Positions 14,337 to 25,939 of a stretch of 64,000 nt of DNA are shown piece by piece. The notes beneath the pieces are model-generated. The model did no database searches. It was not told where the DNA came from and worked only from the letters and a program-made list of their open reading frames with translations. The position numbers and the translations under genes are program-made. This DNA comes from Eledone cirrhosa (taxonomy: Eukaryota), in assembly GCA_964016885.1 (NCBI GenBank), contig OZ024742.1:123690001-123754000 (forward strand). Direction: 5' to 3'. How positions within the stretch are numbered: position 1 is the first letter of the stretch; each line of letters opens with the position of its first letter.

Positions 14337-17300
14337 AGACGTGTGTAACTTCGCGGAGAAGTTTCCGTATATTTATGTAAGAAAAAAACGTGAGTTTTTA
14401 GTTAAATTTTATATCATTGTGTAACTTGACCACCCGCCTGGACCTTCAGGTGGTGGGTCAACTCATTTTCGCCCCTACAGGGGCGGAATATCCGTTTACA
14501 AAATTTTTCTCCATCGAATCTTGGAAAAAATATTGTAAAATTTTGATTACGTTATGAACGCTGCGTCCAACGATAATGGTGGTGAAGAGGCGGTAAGACT
14601 ACAAAGCTCGCAGTCAACAACGTCTTCTTCACTAGATACTATAGAGATGGAAAGACAAAATAGAAATAAAAAAAAACAAAAAAAAAACGAATTCATATCC
14701 AAACAACACAAATGACACCAAACAGTTCAATGACAACAAAAATAACAGCAACACCAATAATGATGATAAAAGCAACACTGATAACAACAACAAAGAAAAA
14801 AATAAAGACAACACCAATAACACCAGCATCAAAGACAACAACAACACCAAGGAAAATACAGATGATACCAACATCGGTGACAACAAGAATAACAACAACA
14901 ATAATGACAACACGACCAATACGGATTCCACAAAGAAACCAAAAATCTCCTTTGCAGAGAAAGTTAAAAAGAAGCAAGAAATGATATATCTCGTCATAAC
15001 AAATGCTGAACAACTTTTAAAGAACGCTAAGAGATATGTCACTTTCGAAAAAAATGGTGCTTTCAGCATCAATTCTCCGGTAGAAATTCGCAAGGAAACT
15101 GCTCTCAAAACGATAGTTTTTAGGACAGTTTCCAATTCTACCCGAAAACCAGTTCAATTGTCACAGAAAGAAATCGATGACTTTGAGATCTACGCATCTC
15201 TCTGTCAACCGGGGGGTGGGGGCGGAGTTGCCGTTTTGCTGCGGAAACACCTGGGCCTCGTAACACAGACGGTACATATGGACCCGGAGGGTCGACTGGT
15301 GGTCCTAGACGTTGACGGTAGTGAAGGTGGAGCCTTCAGGCTGGTGGCTGCATATGCCCCATCCGGGACACCGCGACCAGACTTCTTCAAACGTCTAGAG
15401 ACTTTTCTGGGAACGTCCCGCTCCTTGCTTTTAGTGGGGGACTGGAATGGAATCCTAGATGCACGTTGGGACTATGTGGGAGCATGTCCTGATAAAGGAG
15501 GGGGGTGTGTGTAACAGTCTCAAACAGTTAATCGACCGATTTGACCTGGCCGATAGATATCGACTAGATTTTCCGACTGCGCCACTGTGGACGTGGAGTA
15601 ATCGTAGCGGAACATCTAGATCGTACCTAGATAGGGTTCTAGTTAGAAATAAGGATAGGGACATGTTAAGCTGTCCACAAATGTTCATGGCTGCCTATTC
15701 AGATCCCAAACTTGTGACCTGCATGGCCAACCTTGATAGAACCCATAGACAAGGACCCGGCTACTGGAAGCTGAACTTGTCGTTACCGACAAGCAAAGCC
15801 TACAGAGACGGATTAGCACTTTAGTTAAACAGCACTTGACATGGGCCATTGTCAACATCAGATGGTGGTACTCTCTCAAGAGGGCAATTAGATTAGACTC
15901 GATAGTTTTTAGTAAAGAATTAGCGTTAGATAGAAATAGAACCGAGAAGGAACTGGTTGATAAAGTAGAAGAGGCAATTAGAAGTGGGAACGTAGCCAGC
16001 GTGCTAGCAACGAGAACGGCCTTGGACCAGTTCTTCGACGCAAAGCACGAGGGCTGCGTTGTCAGAGGCAAAATACGTGCTCTAGGAAACGAGGGAGCCA
16101 AAGCTGTTAGCTGTGCCCGAGTGACGGAGGCAAAAAGTGACAACAAGTCCACGATTCTGTCTTTGAAGGACCAAAACGGACGCGTGATACGTGAGCCGAA
16201 GCAGATGTGTGCGGCTTTTCAGCGGCACTTAGCTCGGCTGTTCGTGGGGAGCAGCGCGCCGGGAGAGGCTATGGATTTCGGTCCATACATCGACGGCCTG
16301 CCGCGAATCTCGGACAGCGAGGCAAAGTTCTGCGAAAAGCCGATTTCAGCCACTGAGATAGGGGACGCGCTGAGCTAATGCGGCAAACGCAAATCTCCAG
16401 GTCTCGACGGTCTACCCTACGCATTTTACGTAGCAATGCCGGACTTATTCTCCGGTCTCCTGGAAGTGGTCTACTGCAACTGGCAACAGAACGGGAGAAT
16501 TCCAAGTTCTGTAACCGGGGCGTGGTCACACTAATCAGGAAGGACGAGAATAAGGGGGATGACATAGGCAACTTCCGGCCCATAACTCTGCTAAATACAG
16601 AGTTACAGATTTTGGCCAAGGTGTTGGCAAAGAGGCTGGCGCTTGTCGTCGAGAACCTGGTGGGAGAAGTGCAGACATGCGCAATCCCGACCAGGTCCAT
16701 ACACGACAACCTCCACCTCATGCGATACATCATAGAGAGGGCAGGGTGTAAACCCGGCTTCGGTGGGGCCCTGATCAACTTGGATCAGTCTAAGGCTTTC
16801 GATAGGGTTGACCATCGTTACCTGGATGCGGTGCTCGAGGCGGCAGGCTTCGGACCCGTGTTCAGGGGCTGGATTGCTGCAATGCACAACAGCAACATCT
16901 GCTCAAGGGTCAAGGTGAACGGCTACCTGTCGGAGCCGTTCCATATTACGCGATCCATTCGACAGGGATGCCCTCTCTCCTCCCTTCTGTACGTACTGAC
17001 TCTCGAGCCACTACTGCGGAACCTGGAGCTATTGCAGGGCATCCCTCTTGAACCGGGACTGCGGAAAGCGGCGTCGGCCTACGCCGACGACGTGACTGTA
17101 ATGGTGTCGAGCGCCTCGCAAATCGAGGAAGTCGGCACCTTACTGAAGGAATACGAAAGTCTCACAGGAGCGAAGCTGAACCGGGACAAGTCCATCGGTT
17201 TGCAACTCGGATCGTGGAGAGGCAGCCGATGCCTTCCGATGGCGTCGTCGGACGCTGGACGGAAGGACCGGTAAAGCTGCTAGGGGTCTGGTTTGGTCCG

Positions 17301-18701
17301 GACCTCCAGGTGGAGAAGAACTGGAACGAAGTGACGGCCAAGGTGTTTGCACTCACCCAGAAGTGGCCCGAGTGCAAACTATCCTTGAAAGGTCGAGCGG
17401 AGCTGGCGAACACTTTTATAGCGTCCGCCATCTACTACCGCTTGACCGTCGTGCCTTGTCCAGCCAAAACGCTCGCCAAAATGGAGCGCTCGCTCTTCCG
17501 ATTCCTTTGGAAGAGGCGGGCTCCTTTGGTGAGAAGATCCATCTGCTGCCAACACCCTTCTAACGGAGGACTGGGGATGCCGTGGTTGACGATGCGCAAA
17601 CACGCGCTCAGGCTGCGGCGTCTCTACGTATTCCTCACCGGACAACCGGTGTGGGCCCCGTTCGTGAGGCAAGCCTTACCACGACTCGTCTCGCTGACCG
17701 AGCTGCAGTCCTGGGTCAAGCAAAGACCGAGGAAAATGGGCAACTGGCACATCGAATGTGTTCAGGCGCTCACAGCCCTCTGGCAGGCGGACCCGGCGAT
17801 CAGTGGAGTCTCAACTTCGGCATTCTATAGAGGTTTGGTTCGCAGCAAGTGCGACGACGCGCTCGGTGAAACTCTAGGCGTAGAGGTAGATGAACTGGCC
17901 AGTCTGTTCGGTAGGACCTTCCGCACGGGACCGATGGACAACTTCCAAAACTCCCTGGCCTGGCAGTGCTACTGAGGAGCTCTACCAGTTCGAGACAAGC
18001 TCTACAGACATGGGCGCCCGGGCAGGGACCATGCAAAAAAGATCTGTCCGATGTGCGTGCGAGACGAAGATACCGTTGCGCACGCATTCATACACTGCCC
18101 GGGCGTCACTGACCTGTGGGGCTATGTAGAACGACTATTGTCGCGGGTGGGACCAATCCAGTTGACCACCGAGTCCATTGTGATGATCAAACGGCCACCC
18201 TCCTTCAAAAACGAAGGAGAGGCGGTTTTCCTTTGTGTGATAACTATGGCGAAAGAGGTTGTATGGTGGACAAGGTTGAAAGGGATAGGTCAGACACCTT
18301 TCTCTCCGACCAACAACTGATTCTTTTTTTCAAATACCACTTTGGAAGAAGAATCAGGATGGAGAGAGAGGTGGTGTACCCCAGCAAGTTTTATGAAAGG
18401 TGGGTGAAAGTGGCGAGAATGGCCCGAGTGAATGGGCCTTCTTTCTATATCAGCCTGTAGGTTAAGGAAAAGGAAGAGGAGAGGAAAGGAGTACAAACTC
18501 TTCGTACTCCTGGAGATGAGGGTTGCACATTTTCTTTCGGGGGAATGTGTTACCCATATAAACTGTCTCCCTCTATTGGGGAAAATCGACTAACTTTTTA
18601 AATTCCATTTGTGATAACATTTTACACGTTTTTATTGTATGTAAACTTCCCCTTTTGTATTTGACCCCTTCTTTTGTGCCCCTGTGGCTAATAAAGAAAC
18701 A
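14337..18701 (+). mobile_element. L1/Tx1-clade non-LTR retrotransposon, copy 1 (complete 5' end, about 1.5-kb internal deletion)
   Basis: 5' end matches the copy 2 start at 18710. Contains APE endonuclease (GDWN, YLDRV, SD.K), RT (DQSKAFDRV, QGCPLS, YADD) and a C-terminal CPMC..H..C finger. The 3' UTR ends AATAAAGAAACA+TATC. Confidence 0.93.
14554..18460 (+). pseudogene. Disrupted ORF1-ORF2 fusion of copy 1 (endonuclease/reverse transcriptase)
   Basis: ORF fragments 14981-15514, 15459-15824, 15836-16378, 16378-17274, 17214-17975 and 18051-18460 are separated by frameshifts and stops. Confidence 0.88.
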
Positions 18702-18927
18702 TATCTATCAGACGTGTGTAACTTCGCGGAGAAGTTTCCGTTAATTTATGTAAGAAAATAACGTGAGTTTTTAGTTAAATTTAATATCATTGTGTAACTT
18801 GATTCCCCGTCTGAACCTTCAGGTGGTGGGTCAACTCATTTTCGCCCCTACAGGGGCAGAATATTCATTTGAAAAATGTTTTCTCCATCGAATCTTGGAA
18901 AAAATATTGTAAAATTTTGATTACGTT

Positions 18928-20844
18928 ATGAACGCTGCGTCCAACGATAATGGTGGTGGAGAGGCGGTAAGACTACAAAGCTCGCAGTCAACAACGTCTT
19001 CTTTACTAGATACTATAGAGATGGAAAGACAAAATGAAAATGTAAAAACGAATTCATATCCAAACAACACAAATGACACCAAACAGTTCAATGACAACAA
19101 AAATAACAGCAACACCAATAATGATGATAAAAGCAACAATGATAACAACAACAAAGAAAAAAATAAAGACAACACCAATAACACCAGCATCAAAGACAAC
19201 AACAACACCAAGGAAAAGACGAATACTATCAACATCGGTGACAACAAGAATAACAACAAGAATAACAACAATAATGACAACACGACGAATACGGATTCCA
19301 CAAAGAAACCAAAATCTCCTTTGCAGAGAAAGTTCAAAAGAAGGAAGAATTGATATATCTCGACATAACAAATGCTGAACAACTTTTAAAGGACGCTAAG
19401 AGATATGTCACTTTCTAAAAAAATGGTGCTTTCAGCATCAATTCTCCGGTAGAAATTCGCAAGGAAACTGCTCTCAAAACGATAGTTTTTAGGACAGTTT
19501 CCAATTCTACCCGAAAACCATTCCAATTGTCACAGAAAGAAATTGAACTGGATTTCAAAAATTCAATGAATGATATTGCATTCATTCAAAGAAGCAAACA
19601 TTTTGGGAGTATTTCGGTACTCATGAAGGATCAATTGACGGCCCAAAATTACTCTGTGTCGCCAATTGTATCCAATCTGTACACCTTTTTCCCTACATAC
19701 ATGGGAAAAAGGACACAAAAGATCAGAATCACGAGTGTCACACCAAAGGTGAACATATGGTGGATACTGTGCGGCTTCATCAATTTTGATGAAGACAGAA
19801 TACTGTCAGTAGGCAAGTCCCCCAGAGATGTATTCAATGGGACTAGCATTGAAGTTCTGGTGCAAATGAGCCCAGAGCGAATAGCTATGATCCCACAGCG
19901 TGTACTCCTGGACGGACTCACCTACATAAACTTTTCGGTTGAGGGTAGGCGGCCTTCATGTTACCATTGCTTTAGCAGGGGACACCTGAGGGCTTCCTGT
20001 CCTAAATTAATGAACCAAAAAAAGGCTCTTCTGCCGACACCCATCAAAACAACACAACCACCAACACCACCACTACAACAACACCAACACACAAACATAA
20101 CCACAACAAACACAGTCCCACCCAACCCCACTCCACCTAAAACCACTGCAAAATCACATACAGACACAACAAACAGCTCCCCAAGACATACCGCTCCCCA
20201 ATCACACAGACGATACAACAGATGAGGCTATCTCGCCATCACCCAGTGAAGACGAGGGAGAACCCCATCGCTCGAAAGGAAAGAAAAGACATCACAAAAG
20301 CAAAAAACCAGCAAACACTACCACAAACATACAACCACCAACACAAACAACAAAAACATCACAAACAAAACCCCCACCCCCAATAAACAAAATACCTACA
20401 ACAAAACGAAAGCTCACACAAGAACTACAGACAAAAACAAATGCAACACAAGAAAATTACACTTACACTTACATAAACACTGAAAACAAAACACTAATGG
20501 AGACCATCACGAAAGACCCTTCGGTGAAAACCGAAGGGAAAACTATCGCCCACTCTATTAAAAAAAGCAAAAAACTGAACCTAAAACTGATTAGGGTCCC
20601 TATACAAACTTATAGGTCCCTAAAAGAAACATTTGAGAAGGATGTGGGGAATTCCTGCGTGAAACCACTCAACCGCGTCCTTCTCAAATGTCTCTCCACC
20701 CCAGACACCCCCATCCCACCAGACCCCACCCCACCAAACATCTGCGTCCCCACCTCACCGGAAACCACCACCCTTCCAGACAACACCTCCAACACCCCCA
20801 TGGAAATCGTGCGGCCTGGTCCCCAGGAGGCGAAGAGTGAGTGA
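18928..20844 (+). pseudogene. ORF1 gag-like nucleic-acid-binding protein of copy 2 (disrupted)
   Basis: Asn-rich N-terminus, SFAEKV motif after a frameshift, zinc knuckle CYHCFSRGHLRASC, P/T-rich C-terminus. Confidence 0.8.
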
Positions 20845-20877
20845 TCTCTTTTCCTCTTTTAACTTTTCAGCACCAAC

Positions 20878-23800
20878 ATGGCCAATATAAGAGTTGGATG
20901 TGTGAACGTACGCGACCTGGGGATGCTCTGGAAACAGGGCAAACTCTTTTATACCTCAGGTCGCACAGTATGGATGTGGTAGCCATTTGCGAGTCCAGGA
21001 TCCACAGCGAGCGACAGCTGGCCCCTATCTTCGATGACTTTGAGATCTACGCATCTCTCTGTCAACCGGGGGGTGGGGGCAGTGTTGTCGTTTTGCTGCG
21101 GAAACACCTGGGCCTCGTAACACAGACGGTACATCTGGACCCGGAGGGTCGACTGGTGGTCCTAGACGTTGACGGTAGTGAAGGTGGAGCCTTCAGGCTG
21201 GTGGCTGCATATGCCCCATCCGGGACACCGCGGCCAGACTTCTTCAAATGTCTAGAGACTTTTCTGGGAACGACTCGCTCCTTGCTTTTAGTGGGGGACT
21301 GGAATGGAATCCTAGATGCACGTTGGGACTATGTGGGAGCATGTCCCGATAAAGGGGGGGGGGGGGGTGTAACAGCCTCAAACAGTTAATCGACCGATTT
21401 GACCTGGCCGATAGATATCTACTAGATTTTCCGACTGCACCACTGTGGACGTGGAGTAATCGTAGCGGAACATCTAGATCGTACCTAGTTAGGGTTCTAG
21501 TTAGAAATAAGGATAGGGACATGTTAAGCTGTCCACAAATGTTCATGGTTGCCTATTCAGATCACAAACTAGTGACCTGCATGGCCAACCTTGATAGAAC
21601 CCATAGACAAGGACCCGGCTACTGGAAGCTGAACTTGTCGTTACCGACAAGCAAAGCCTACAGTAGACGGATTAGCACTTTAGTTAAACAGCATTTGACA
21701 GGGGCCATTGTCAACAACAGATGGTGGTACACTCTCAAGTGGGCAGTTAGATTAGACTCGATAGTTTTTAGTAAAGAATTAGCGTTAGATAGAAATAGAA
21801 CCGAGAAGGAACTGGTAGATAAAGTAGAAGAGGCAATTAGAAGTGGGAACGTAGCCAGCGTGCTAGCAACGAGAACGGCCTTGGACCAGTTCTTCGACGC
21901 AAAGCACGAGGGCTGCGTGGTCATAAGCAAAATACGTGCTCTGGGAAACGAGGGAGCCAAAGCTGTTAGCTGTGCTCGAGTGACGGAGGCAAAAAGTGGC
22001 AACAAGTCCACGATTCGGTCTTTGAGGGACCAACACGGACGCGTGATACGTGAGCCGAAGCAGATGTGTGCGGCTTTTCAGCGGCACTTTGCTCGGCTGT
22101 TTGGGGGGAGCGGCGCGCCGGGAGAGGCTATGGATTTCGGTCCATACCTCGACGGCCTAACGCGACTCTCGGACAGCGAGGCAAAGTTCTGCGGAAAGCC
22201 GATTTCAGCCACTGAGATAGGGGACGCGCTGAGCCAATGCGGCAAACGCAAATCTACAGGTCTCGACGGTCTACCCTACGAATTTTACGTAGCAATGCCG
22301 GACTTATTCTCCGGTCTCCAGGAGAATAAGTCCGGCAACAGAATTCCCAGTTCTGTAACCGGGGCGTGGTCACACTAATCAGGAAGGACGAGAATAACGG
22401 GGATGACATAGGCAACTTCCGGCCCATAACTCTGCTAAACACAGAGTTACAGATTTTGGCCAAGGTGTTGGCAAAGAGGCTGGCGCTTGTCGTCGAGAAC
22501 CTGGTGGGAGAAGCGCAGACATGCGCAATCCCGACCAGGTCCATACACGACAACCTCTACCTCATGCGATACATCATAGAAAGGGTAGGGTGTAAACCCA
22601 GCTTCGGTGGGGTCCTGATCAACTTGGATCAGTCTAAGGCTTTCGATAGGGTTGACCATCGTTACCTGGATGCGGTGCTCGAGGCGGCAGACTTCGGACC
22701 CGTGTTCAGGGGCTGGATTGCTGCAATGCACAACAGCAACATCTGCTCAAGGGTCAAGGTGAACGGCTACCTCTCGGAGCCGTTCCATATTACGCGATCC
22801 ATTCGACAGGGATGCCCTCTCTCCTCCCTTCTGTACGTACTGACTCTCGAGCCACTACTGCGGAACCTGGAGCTATTGCAGGGCATCCCTCTGGAACCGA
22901 GACTGCGGAAAGCGGCGTCGGCCTACATGACAGTAATGGTGTCGATCGCCTCGCAAATCGAGGAAGTCGGCAACTTACTGAAAGAATACGAAAGTATCAC
23001 AGGAGCGAAGCTGAACCGGGAGAAGTCCATCGGTTTGCAACTCGGATCGTGGAGAGGCAAACCGATGCCTTCCGATGGCGTCGTCGGACGCTGGACGGAA
23101 GGACCGGTAAAGCTGCTAGGGGTCTCGTTTGGTCCGGACCTCCAGGTGGAGAAGAACTGGAACGAAGTGACGGCAGAGGTGTTTGCACTCGCCCAGAAAT
23201 GGGCCGAGTGCAAACTATCCTTGAAAGGTCGAGCGGAGCTGGCGAACACTTTTATAGCGTCCACCATCTACTACCGCTTGACCGTCGCGCGCTCTTCCGA
23301 TTCCTTTGGAAGAGGCGGGCTCCTTTGGTGAGAAGACCCATCTGCTGCCAACACCCTTCTAACGGAGGGCTGGGGATGCCGTGGTTGACGATGCGCAAAC
23401 ACGCGCTCAGCTGCGGCATCTCTACGTATTCCTCACCGTCAACCGGTGTGGGCCCCCTTCCTGAGGCGAGCCTTCCCACGACTCGTCTCGCTGACCCAGC
23501 TGTAGTCCTGGGTCAAGCAAAGACCGAGGAAAATGGGCGACTGGCACATCGAATGTGCTCAGGCGCTCACAGCCCTCTGGCAGGCAGACCCGGCGATCAG
23601 TGGAGACTCCACTTCGTCATTCTATAGAGGGTTGGTCCGCAGCAAGTGCGACGACGCGCTCGGTGAAACTCTAGGCGTAGAGGAAGATGAACTGGCCAGT
23701 CTGTTCGGTAGGACCTTCCGCCCGGGACCGATGGACAACTTCCAAAAGTCCCTGGCCTGGCTAAGCTACCGAGGAGCTCTACCAGTTCGAGACATGTTCT

Positions 23801-24256
23801 ACAGACATGGGCGCCCGGGCAGGGACCCTGCAAAAAAGATCTGTCCGAGGTGCTTGCGAGACGAAGACCGTCGCGTACGCATTCATACACTGCCCGGGCG
23901 TCACTGACATGTGGAGCTATGTAGAACGACTATTGTCGCGGGTGGGACCAATCCAGTTGACCACCGAGTCCATTGTGATGATCAAACGGGCACCCTCCTG
24001 CAAAAACGAAGGAGAGGCGGTTTTCCTTTGTGTGATAGCTATGGCGAAAGAGGTTGTATGGTGGACAAGGTTGAAAGGACTGAGGTCAGACACCTTTCTC
24101 TCCGGCCAACAACTGATTCTTTTTTTCAAATACCACTTTGGAAGAAGAATCAGGATGGAGAGAGAGGTGCTGAACCCCAGCAAGTTTTATGAAAGGTGGG
24201 TGAAAGTGGCGAGAATGGCCCGAGTGAATGGGCCTTCTCTCTATATCAGCCTGTAG
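20878..24256 (+). pseudogene. ORF2 (APE endonuclease + RT + zinc finger) of copy 2 (disrupted)
   Basis: ATG at 20878 gives MANIRVGCVNVRDL (NVRGL-type endonuclease start); AICES, GDWN and SDHK follow. RT motifs are present but ADD is deleted; several frameshifts. Confidence 0.9.
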
Positions 24257-24498
24257 GTTGAGGAAAAGGAGGAGGAGAGGAAAGGAGTACAAACTCTTCG
24301 TACTTCTGGAGATGAGGGTTGCACATTTTTTTTTCGGGGGAATGTGTTACCCATATAGACTGTCTCCCTCTATTGGGGAAAATCGACAAACTTTTTAAAT
24401 TCCATTTGTGCTAACATTTTACACGTTTTTATTGTATGTAAACTTCCCCCTTTGTATTTGTCCCCTTCTTTTGTGCCCATGTGGCTAATAAAGAAATA

Positions 24499-24544
<46 letters not shown>

Positions 24545-24545
<1 letters not shown>

Positions 24546-25106
24546 GTCGCGGGTGGGACCAATCCAGTTGACCACCGAGTCCAGTGTCATGATCAAACCG
24601 CCACCCTCCTTCAAAAACGAAGGAGAGGCGGTTTTCCTTTGTGTGATAGCTATGGCGAAAGAGGTTGTATGGTGGACAAGGTTGAAAGGGCTGAGGTCAG
24701 ACACCTTTCTCTCCGGCCAACAACTGATTCTTTTTTTCAAATACCACTTTGGAAGAAGAATCAGGATGGAGAGAGGGGTGCTGTACCCCAGCAAGTTTTA
24801 TGAAAGGTGGGTGAAAGTGGCGAGAATGGCCCGAGTGAATGGGCCTTCTCTCTATATCAGCCTGTAGATTGAGGAAAAGGAGGAGGAGAGGAAAGGAGTA
24901 CAAGCTCTTCGTACTCCTGAAGATGAGGGTTGCACATTTTTTTCGGGGGTATGTGTTACCCATATAAACTGTCTCCCTCTATTGGGGAAAATCGACTAAC
25001 TTTTAAATTCCATCTGTGATAACATTTTACACGTTTTTATTGTATGTAAACTTCCCCCTTTGTATTTGTCCCCTTCTTTTGTGCCCCTGTGGCTAATAAA
25101 GAAATA
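24545..25106 (+). mobile_element. L1/Tx1-clade retrotransposon, copy 3 (5'-truncated, 3' 560 bp)
   Basis: Matches 23934-24498; preceded by (TATC)11 and followed by (TATC)5 at 25107-25126. Confidence 0.95.
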
Positions 25107-25592
25107 TATCTATCTATCTATCTATCATTCCTTCTTAAATGACTTGCATAATTTAACTGTTCTGACAGACGCACACGAGGCTTCAGTTTTTACATCGTCC
25201 TAAATTCAAACATTTGCATGATTTAAAATATTTGCATCAAATACTATTAATAGCATTCTTGCAATTATCGTGAATTGGTTGATATGGCATTTAATAATAT
25301 TCTGTTTGTGCTTACATAACTTCGTTCTTGAGTTCCAGTGTTACAATTTAAGTTGCCTTCCCTTGGAACGATTTGATAGACAATATCGAAGTCGTTAACT
25401 GATTGAAAACCTGTTTGAATGTGATACCTTACACATCATTAATATGGATTACATTATAAAGCAACCGAAGTTGTTACCGTAATGAAACAACGTTATGTAT
25501 ATTTACGTATTCATGCTTCAAAATATAGAAATATGAACATTTATGTTATCTGAAATTTCTTCAGATTCTGCTAGCATTGTATTAATTTCTAT

Positions 25593-25939
25593 GTGCAGTA
25601 TCGGTAGAGGGTCAGACATGCTTTACAGCATGAGTTCTTTACGATCTGAGTTCAAATCCTGCCGACGTTAACTTTGCCTTTCATCCTTACGAGGTCGATA
25701 AAATAGAGTACCAATAATGTACTGGGTGATTGCTGGCCTTGTGCCGAAAGTAGAAACAATTATTAGGGCGGAGGATTGGAAGTATCGGTAGAGGGTCGTA
25801 CGCATAGAGTTACGGTCCTTGCCATACTGAGTTCAAATCAAGCCGAGGTTAACTTTGCCTTTCATCCTTTCGTGGTCGATAAAGTAAAGTACCAGTAATA
25901 CACTGGGTATTTGCTGGCCTTGTGCCAAATGTAGAAACA
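25593..25939 (+). mobile_element. Tandem dimer of SINE family A
   Basis: Units 25593-25758 and 25765-25939 are joined by ATTATT. One 12-bp TSD, ATTAATTTCTAT, lies at 25581-25592 and 25940-25951. Confidence 0.85.

Larger units (their letters stand above)
18710..24498 (+). mobile_element. L1/Tx1-clade non-LTR retrotransposon, copy 2 (full length, about 5.8 kb)
   Basis: Starts AGACGTGTG after TATCTATC; carries ORF1 and ORF2; ends AATAAAGAAATA followed by (TATC)11. Confidence 0.95.

Noticed and set aside
14337-25106. Segmental tandem duplication or LTR element (repeated 3' ends resembling LTRs)
   Set aside because: The repeats are LINE 3' ends with TATC junctions and copy-specific truncation or deletion. 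APE plus RT with no integrase indicates a non-LTR element.
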